Of a stretch of DNA of 64,000 nucleotides, positions 57,912 to 64,000 are shown piece after piece; position 1 is the first letter of the stretch; the number at the start of each line of letters is the position of its first letter. Below the pieces are notes generated by a model. That model did no database searches and was not told where the DNA came from. It saw only the letters and a program-made list of their open reading frames with translations. The stretch comes from Candidatus Pyrohabitans jungbluthii (GTDB lineage: Archaea > Hydrothermarchaeota > Hydrothermarchaeia > Hydrothermarchaeales > BMS3B). A program made the translations under genes and the position numbers. The stretch is taken from positions 256,001 through 320,000 of the forward strand of contig MTMD02000002.1 in NCBI GenBank assembly GCA_002010065.2, in the 5' to 3' direction.

Positions 57912-58387
57912 TAATTTTGGCCTCCACCCTACAGTGCTTAATGAGTAGTTTTAGGATTATGAATATTATAGCGTTAACCACATATATTAAGGTTAAGTTA
58001 AAAAAGTTTTTAAACTCCTGATAAGGCTATTTTTCTCAAGTAAGCGGCGATTGGTATCTTGCTGATGCTTCCCGGCGCGGTTTGGTGTGTGAAGTTCCAG
58101 GAGATACGCGATGCTTCACCGTGGCATTGCAGAAGAGGAACTGTAGAGGCAGATAGAGCTGGAAATCTTCGATATATTGGAGATAAGGCTTCCCCTTCTG
58201 AAGCAGAGAAAGGTGAAGGAAAGCACAGTGCTGGTGGGCGACGAATACGTGGGCGAGGCAAAGCAGGCGATACCTGCGGGTGTGGCATGCGTGCACTGTA
58301 TCTGGCATAGCTACGCAAAAGAAGACTGCCTGTCCCGAGGATTCTAACCTTTTCAACGGTAGCTTACTTTTTAACTCTGGTGCTCCT

Positions 58388-58816
58388 ATGGCAAGCGAAT
58401 GGGTACGTGTGCAGCGCGAGGATTTTTCCATAGCCGAGGAGATAGCCCGTGTTAAGGCGGTGTCCAAGCGAATTGGTGGAGTGGTGACCTTCTTGGGTAC
58501 TGTGCGCGACTTTTCACGAGGCAAGGAGGTTACAAAGCTGGAGTTTGAGTACTACGAGGGGATGGCGGAGAAGAAGCTGGAGGAGATTCGCCAGCTTGCG
58601 AAGGAGAAGTTCGATGTGATAGAGATAAGCGTGGTGCACCGCTACGGTGAGCTTAACATAGGCGACAATATAGTGCTAGTTATTGCGGCAGCTGAGCACC
58701 GCAGGCAAGCCTTTGACGCCTGCCGCTATGTTATAGATGAGCTTAAGAAGCACGTGCCCATCTGGAAGAAGGAGCACACAAGTGAGGGCGAGGTTTGGAT
58801 TGAAGAGCACCCATGA
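58388..58816 (+). CDS. moaE: Molybdopterin synthase catalytic subunit
   Basis: GGVVTFLGTVR, HRYGEL, HRRQAF, PIWKKE; start set at ATG 58388. Confidence 0.93.
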   Translation: MASEWVRVQREDFSIAEEIARVKAVSKRIGGVVTFLGTVRDFSRGKEVTKLEFEYYEGMAEKKLEEIRQLAKEKFDVIEISVVHRYGELNIGDNIVLVIAAAEHRRQAFDACRYVIDELKKHVPIWKKEHTSEGEVWIEEHP

Positions 58817-58872
58817 GGTGGCGTCAAGTATAAATAACTGAAAAGGGGAAAATTAACGGAGGAGGCAGTGCA

Positions 58873-59085
58873 ATGGCAGATATAAGGGAGTTTAAGGCTG
58901 ATGTTACAATAAAGATAGACTACGACAAATGCAAGGGACACGGCGAGTGCGTTGATGTGTGTCCTGCTGAGGTTTATGAACTCGTGGATGGCAAGTCCAC
59001 CGCTCCTCGCGTGGCTGACTGCATAGAGTGCTGCGCATGCGTTGAGGCGTGCCCTGAGGGAGCAATAGAGCACAGCTCGTGCTGA
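58873..59085 (+). CDS. Ferredoxin (dicluster type)
   Basis: CKGHGECVDVCP and CIECCACVEACP. Confidence 0.9.
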   Translation: MADIREFKADVTIKIDYDKCKGHGECVDVCPAEVYELVDGKSTAPRVADCIECCACVEACPEGAIEHSSC

Positions 59086-59094
59086 GGTCTCTGC

Positions 59095-59769
59095 GTGAGG
59101 CTTCTCGCCCTGGAGAATGCGGAGGGGGAGCACTTAGGTTGTTTTGAGCAGCTTGCAGAAGCTCGAGGCATAAGCGTTGAGTACCGTCGCCTCTGGCGGG
59201 GCGATGATTTAGAGGACGCCCTTGACTACGACCTAATTGTGATTCTCGGCGGACCCATGAGTGTCAACGATGAGAAGAGCTACCCCTACCTGGCTGAAGA
59301 GAAGGCAATGATAAGGCGCGCTTTAGCTGAGAATAAGCCCCTTCTGGGCATTTGTCTGGGAGCGCAGCTTATTGCTAACGCGCTTGGGGTGAGGGTTTAT
59401 CCTGGCGAGGAGAAGGAGCTTGGCTGGTATCAACTGCAGCTAACCCAGGAAGGCAAGCAAGACGAGGTGTTCTCTGCCTTTCTTTCGCGCCTTGAGGTCT
59501 TTCAGTGGCATGGCGAGACCTTCGACCTTCCCACCGGAGCCACGCTGCTGGCTAGCTCAGAGCTTTACCCGCACCAGGCCTTTCGCGTTGGCAGAAGCTA
59601 CGCTTTGCAGTTTCACTTTGAGGTTACATCGCAGATGGTGCGGGAATGGTCAAGAGAGGTGCCGGATAAGCGAGACGAAATACTCCTTAACCTAGAAGAA
59701 AGAGTGGCAAAGCTAAACCACTGGGCAGAGGTGTTCTTTGACCGCTGGTTACATGTCGCGGGTTTTTAA
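59095..59769 (+). CDS. Type 1 glutamine amidotransferase-like protein
   Basis: LGGPMSV, LGICLGAQL, QWHGETF, QFHFE. Confidence 0.9.
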   Translation: MRLLALENAEGEHLGCFEQLAEARGISVEYRRLWRGDDLEDALDYDLIVILGGPMSVNDEKSYPYLAEEKAMIRRALAENKPLLGICLGAQLIANALGVRVYPGEEKELGWYQLQLTQEGKQDEVFSAFLSRLEVFQWHGETFDLPTGATLLASSELYPHQAFRVGRSYALQFHFEVTSQMVREWSREVPDKRDEILLNLEERVAKLNHWAEVFFDRWLHVAGF

Positions 59770-59840
59770 CCATCTTTATTTAACTCATCTCTTGATTTTC
59801 GCAACTTTTATATTATAATTAAAATTAAAATATTTAATTC

Positions 59841-60374
59841 ATGATTCCCATAATCTCTGTGATAGGCAGAAAGAAGGCTGGCAAAACCACAATACTTGAG
59901 CGCCTGATCGCTGCGCTGAAGGCAAAGGGGTATCGCGTCGCCACTGTAAAGCACCACATTCACTACGGCTTCAGCATTGATTCTCCTGGAAAGGACACGT
60001 GGAGGCACGCTGCGGCAGGCGCAGACGTGGTGGCGATTTCTTCACCTGACCGCCTCGTGCTCATGCGCAACACCCCCAAGGAACTCTTTCTCAGGGAGAT
60101 CGTGGAGAGGTACATGAGCGACGTTGACGTGGTGCTCACCGAGGGCTACGCTAGAGCAGAGACGCCAAAGATACTCGTGGCAACCTGTGAAGACGACTTG
60201 AGGCTGTTTACCAGCGCCGCAGGCGGAGAGATAGTAGCGGTGGTGAGCGATTCAGAGGTTAAGGCGAGCTGTGAGGTTTTCGGATTCGACGATGTGGAGA
60301 AACTGGCAAGCTTCATAGAGGAGAGGTTTTTGAGCCATGACCCGCGAGACGGTGCTTACGAAGCGCCAGATTGA
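59841..60374 (+). CDS. mobB: Molybdopterin-guanine dinucleotide biosynthesis protein B
   Basis: GRKKAGKTT, VKHH, GKDTWRH, LTEGY. Confidence 0.92.
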   Translation: MIPIISVIGRKKAGKTTILERLIAALKAKGYRVATVKHHIHYGFSIDSPGKDTWRHAAAGADVVAISSPDRLVLMRNTPKELFLREIVERYMSDVDVVLTEGYARAETPKILVATCEDDLRLFTSAAGGEIVAVVSDSEVKASCEVFGFDDVEKLASFIEERFLSHDPRDGAYEAPD

Positions 60375-60744
60375 GGTGCTAAAGCTCAAGGCACAGGGGC
60401 TCAGCACCTCTGAGATTGCAAGGCGCTTGGGCACCACCGTAGCAAATGTCTCCGCAACTGAGAGGAAGGCGAGGGAGAACATCCAGCGCGCCAAGAATAC
60501 GCTGCAACTGGTGAGGATGCTTGAAGCACCTCTGAGTGTTGTCATCGCCCCAGAAAGCGACCTCAACGATGCTGTTCGCGAGATATACCGCCGAGCTGAC
60601 GAAGCCGGAATCTGGATTTCCCACAGCTTTCCTTCCCTGGCGGCGCTCATCCAGCAGGCGGCTGGGGAGAAGATTCGCGGAAGGCGCGTGCTCTCTGAGA
60701 TAGAGGTGGCGATTACCCGCGAAGGTGAAGTAATGGTGATGTAG
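60337..60744 (+). CDS. Tfx-family DNA-binding protein
   Basis: LTKRQIEVL...EIARRLGTTVANVSATERKARENI. Confidence 0.88.
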   Translation: MTRETVLTKRQIEVLKLKAQGLSTSEIARRLGTTVANVSATERKARENIQRAKNTLQLVRMLEAPLSVVIAPESDLNDAVREIYRRADEAGIWISHSFPSLAALIQQAAGEKIRGRRVLSEIEVAITREGEVMVM

Positions 60745-60747
60745 GTG

Positions 60748-61455
60748 CTAGCTCAAGCTGTACATCATCCCAAGAAGCGCAGGCATAGCCGCAGAGGGGG
60801 AGTCCGAGCTTTTAACCCTGCCGTTGCTTAGCACACAAACCCTGTCTGCAAGGATGGCAGCATCTTCATAGTCGTGGGTTACAATTATCGCTGGCACCTG
60901 GAAAGTTTCCAGAATGTTTCTAACCTCCTCTCTAACCTCCTGCTTTGTGCGCTGGTCAAGTGCTGAGAAGGGTTCATCCATAAGCAGGAGCTTAGGTTTC
61001 ACCACCAGCGCTCTGGCAAGAGCAACGCGTTGTTTTTGCCCACCTGAAAGCTCACTAGGCATGTGAGAGCGTAACTCTGCTAAGCCCAGAGTGTGCATCA
61101 TGGCCTCTACCTCTTCGTTCACCTTCGCCTTGCTATAACCCCTCACCTTTAAACCAAAGGCGATGTTCTCGTACACATTGAGGTGAGGGAAAAGCGCCAG
61201 CTCCTGAAAAACAAAGCCAACACTGCGCCTCTGGGGTGGGAGGTTTATTCCGAGTTCTGAGTGAAAAGCTAATGTGTTGCCTATGCGTATGTAGCCCTCG
61301 TCAGGAGTAACAAGCCCGGCGATGGCTTTTAACGCTGTTGTCTTTCCTGAGCCGTTCTCACCAAGAAGAGCGAGAACCTCCCTGCCAAGCTTAAGCTGCA
61401 CATTCAGTTCAAAGCGGGGAAATCTCTTGGTTATGCTGAGGTCAAGCATCCGCAT
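60748..61455 (-). CDS. modC: Molybdate/tungstate ABC transporter ATPase
   Basis: GENGSGKTT, LSGGQKQRVALARAL, LLMDEPFSALD. Confidence 0.88.
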   Translation of the reverse strand: MRMLDLSITKRFPRFELNVQLKLGREVLALLGENGSGKTTALKAIAGLVTPDEGYIRIGNTLAFHSELGINLPPQRRSVGFVFQELALFPHLNVYENIAFGLKVRGYSKAKVNEEVEAMMHTLGLAELRSHMPSELSGGQKQRVALARALVVKPKLLLMDEPFSALDQRTKQEVREEVRNILETFQVPAIIVTHDYEDAAILADRVCVLSNGRVKSSDSPSAAMPALLGMMYSLS

Positions 61456-62224
61456 ACCTCCTTTTTGGAATTGCCTCAAACGCAAAGAGGATAAGGAAGG
61501 AGATAAGGATGAGCAGGGCAGCGATCACCAGAGCCTTTTCCACGCTCACCTGCAGCGCTGAATACACAGCTAGGGGCATGGTCTGCGTCCTGCCAACGAA
61601 GTTGCCTGCGAACATTATGGTTGCGCCAAACTCGCCCATTGCCCGCGCCCAGCTCATAATAACACCTGCCAGAATAGCGCTCCGCGCTAAGGGCAGAGAG
61701 ACCTTAAGAAAGGTGGTGAACTCACTCGCGCCCAAGGTGTATGACGCTCCCTCAAAAGTTCTGCTAACGCTGGCGAAGCCCGCTCTTGCGGAGCGCACAT
61801 AGAGGGGTAAGGCAACGAAGGTTTGAGCAATTACAACGGCTGCGGTGGTGAAGGGCAAAGCTATGCCTATGCTGGCGAGGTACTTACCTAGGATACCCTC
61901 TCTGCCAAAGGCAGCGAGCAGCGCGATGCCTGCGACGGCTGGCGGTAGAACCATGGGCAGGTTCAGAGCCACCTCCAGAAAGCGGCGCAGCGCAGAGTCG
62001 CTCCTCGCCAAGTGGTAAGCCACGGGTGTGCCGATAATCACAATGAGCAGCGTAGAGAGCGTCGCCGTAAGAAGGCTGAGCTTTACTGCTGCAAGCACCT
62101 CATAGCTGAGCAGCACCTCTGGCGAGGCGTTGCCAGCACTTATGAGCACCGAGGCTACTGGGAGAAGAATGAAGGCAGCCACACCAATGCCTGTGAGGGC
62201 GCGCGTGAGCGCAAAGGCGTTCAT
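61442..62224 (-). CDS. modB: Molybdate ABC transporter permease
   Basis: LPMVLPPAVAG, ARAMGEFGAT, TQTMPLAVY. Confidence 0.92.
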   Translation of the reverse strand: MNAFALTRALTGIGVAAFILLPVASVLISAGNASPEVLLSYEVLAAVKLSLLTATLSTLLIVIIGTPVAYHLARSDSALRRFLEVALNLPMVLPPAVAGIALLAAFGREGILGKYLASIGIALPFTTAAVVIAQTFVALPLYVRSARAGFASVSRTFEGASYTLGASEFTTFLKVSLPLARSAILAGVIMSWARAMGEFGATIMFAGNFVGRTQTMPLAVYSALQVSVEKALVIAALLILISFLILFAFEAIPKRRYADA

Positions 62225-62976
62225 TGCCCCACCTCGAAACCATGTTTTTGCAGAATTTCTCTACCTCTGGAGGAGAGGAGGAAGTTGATAAACTCCTGGG
62301 CTAGCTCTTTATTCTTGGAGTGGGAGAGCACGCCCACGTAGTAGCGCGGAGATACGTTCGCCTCCGGTGGAAGTTCTATTACCCTAACCTTGCCTCTTGC
62401 AGCAAGCGCGTCTGTGGCGTAGACGAAGCCGGCGTCTGCCTCGCCCAGGGCTACCTTAGATAGCACACCTTTAACGCTGTCCTCCTGAGACACAACACGG
62501 GAGAGCACCTCTTCAGCGAAGCCAGCACCGTAGAGCGCTTCTAAATTAAAGAGCGCCTCTATTGCGTATTTACCAGCTGGCACTGCTTCGTTGGCGATGA
62601 CTAACTTTACATCACCGCGAAGGTCTTCCACGTTTTTTATGTTAGCCGGGTTGCTTTCGGGCACAACTATCACAAGCCTGTTTTTTGCAAAGGCGATGCT
62701 CTCATCGACGTAGCCCTGGCGGAGTAGGGCGCACATGTGCTCTTCGTTGGCAGAGGCGAAGATATCCGCATAGGCGCCCTGCTCTATCTGGACGCGGAGC
62801 GTATTTGAGCCCGCAAAGTTGAGCTCCACTTTAATGCCATGCTGTGCTTCAAACTCCTGGGCAAGCTCCTGAAAGGCTTCAGTCAAGCTTGCGGCGGCGA
62901 AGACGGTGATGCCATCTCCGCCAGAGGTGCAGCCCGCTGTGAGGGCTACGAGGAGGAGCACACTAAGAAAGCGCAT
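62221..62976 (-). CDS. modA: Molybdate ABC transporter substrate-binding lipoprotein
   Basis: Lipobox TAGC, FAAASL, FAGS, QIEQGA, VPAGKYA, GFVYATD. Confidence 0.92.
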   Translation of the reverse strand: MRFLSVLLLVALTAGCTSGGDGITVFAAASLTEAFQELAQEFEAQHGIKVELNFAGSNTLRVQIEQGAYADIFASANEEHMCALLRQGYVDESIAFAKNRLVIVVPESNPANIKNVEDLRGDVKLVIANEAVPAGKYAIEALFNLEALYGAGFAEEVLSRVVSQEDSVKGVLSKVALGEADAGFVYATDALAARGKVRVIELPPEANVSPRYYVGVLSHSKNKELAQEFINFLLSSRGREILQKHGFEVGQ

Positions 62977-63559
62977 GCTGAGCTATGCGGTAATAGCCAA
63001 CGCCTGCACAGCTTCTGCACACTCGCGTACCGTTCTCGCCAACGCTCAGCGACTCGGGCACAAGCTCACCGCACCGGGAGCAGCGCACTATGGAAGAGTT
63101 CTCAAAGAGGCTGGTAAGCTCAATCTTCACAGGTATAATTTCCAGATACTCCTCGCTGAGCTCTAGAAGCGCACGGGCGAGCTCCTTCTCCTCTTCCCTT
63201 GTGAGCCTTCCTTCGCGGAGCATCCACTTTTTCATGAGCGCTGAGTGCTTCCACGCGTCGCGGCGCAATGCAACGCGGTAGCCCTGCATAGTATCTACCC
63301 TGCCCACTGTCAGCGCCAGCTTGCCATAGTTTTCGATAAAGGCATTGCCATGTCCCAACGTCGCACCCGTCGCCGCCTGCATCCCGTCGGCGAGGCATCG
63401 CGCGGTTTCGCTTATGGCGATAAGCTTCTTGCTCCCTCGCTTAGTATTGAGCTTCTGCAGCGCCAGCGTTGCCATGCGTATTCCCAGCGCTATGCCTGGA
63501 GCAAGGTGACCATGCAGTTTCTCAGCCAGCTCCACCACTTCTTCTTCCCTCAACTCCAT
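62963..63559 (-). CDS. FmdE/FwdE family protein with C-terminal Zn finger
   Basis: LHGHLAPG, CLADG, GATLGHGN, CSRCGE...CRSC. Confidence 0.88.
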   Translation of the reverse strand: MELREEEVVELAEKLHGHLAPGIALGIRMATLALQKLNTKRGSKKLIAISETARCLADGMQAATGATLGHGNAFIENYGKLALTVGRVDTMQGYRVALRRDAWKHSALMKKWMLREGRLTREEEKELARALLELSEEYLEIIPVKIELTSLFENSSIVRCSRCGELVPESLSVGENGTRVCRSCAGVGYYRIAQHALS

Positions 63560-63568
63560 ATCACCACC

Positions 63569-64000
63569 TCATGTAAAGAGATGCACCTTTATCTCCTCTC
63601 CTCGCTTAGTGTCCCGCTCTATTATCGCGTAGCCATCCACCAGAGCACTTCGCAGGTTTGAGGCTATGGCAGAGACGTTGTACTTCTCGCCGCTCTTCAT
63701 CAGGGGCATCTCACTGCCCTCGAAGCCAATCGGCTTGGCATAGCCGTTCTCTAGGTATACAAACACCAGGTTGGCGATGTCTGCGGCGTCGGTGTCCTTG
63801 GTTGAGAGCAGTATATCCTCGGTTATCCTCGCATAGAGGAAGGGCTCCTCACTCTTACCCAGGAAGTACCTGCGCAGGTGAAGCTGCGCCGCAACTAGCG
63901 CACCTGTGGGCTTGCCAGGCAGAGCGAACACGGGCGTATTCTCGACTATGCCCACTGCTATAGGCTTCCCGGGGCGCGTCTTGACCTTGTACAGCACCAC
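63569..64000 (-). CDS. moeA: Molybdopterin molybdotransferase MoeA family, 3' part
   Basis: RPGKP, VFALPGKP, C-terminal DGYAII...GEEIKV; runs off the window end. Confidence 0.8.
   Translation of the reverse strand: MVLYKVKTRPGKPIAVGIVENTPVFALPGKPTGALVAAQLHLRRYFLGKSEEPFLYARITEDILLSTKDTDAADIANLVFVYLENGYAKPIGFEGSEMPLMKSGEKYNVSAIASNLRSALVDGYAIIERDTKRGEEIKVHLFT

Noticed and set aside
58388-64000. Mo/W-cofactor cluster with Tfx and FmdE as a novel system
   Set aside because: A well-known association in anaerobic euryarchaea.

Overview
Archaeal chromosomal segment, densely coding and moderately GC-rich. Ribosomal proteins L37e/L40e, GGGP synthase, class I CCA enzyme, PINA ATPase, Tfx and TATA-type promoters establish the domain. 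The mix of HdrA/MvhD, Hdr-like CCG proteins, a corrinoid methyltransferase, DapL and Mo/W-cofactor genes suggests an anaerobic euryarchaeote-grade organism (Hydrothermarchaeota-like is an unverified guess). Most of the window is housekeeping: ilvC, valS, purF, tRNA-Ala(GGC), leuA, dapL, topA, 2-oxoacid:ferredoxin oxidoreductase, hisI, cca, pheST, moaE/mobB/modABC/moeA. The stand-out loci are: (1) a corrinoid protein + MtaA/CmuA-type methyltransferase operon followed by two Cdc48-like AAA+ paralogs with complementary degenerate ATPase motifs and a shared C-terminal C-x-H-[RK]-Y-x-[YF] tail; (2) an hdrA-mvhD-(Fe-S/CCG)-RuBisCO-like protein run; (3) an AT-rich two-gene island encoding a SAMHD1/dGTPase-like HD protein and a YwgA/SocA-like partner, directly after a partial ATP synthase operon (I-K-C only); (4) a second AT-rich island with a transglutaminase-like surface protein; (5) two clusters of tandem hairpin repeats. 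No CRISPR array, rRNA, integrase or transposase was seen. All family calls come from motif recognition only; no database search was run.
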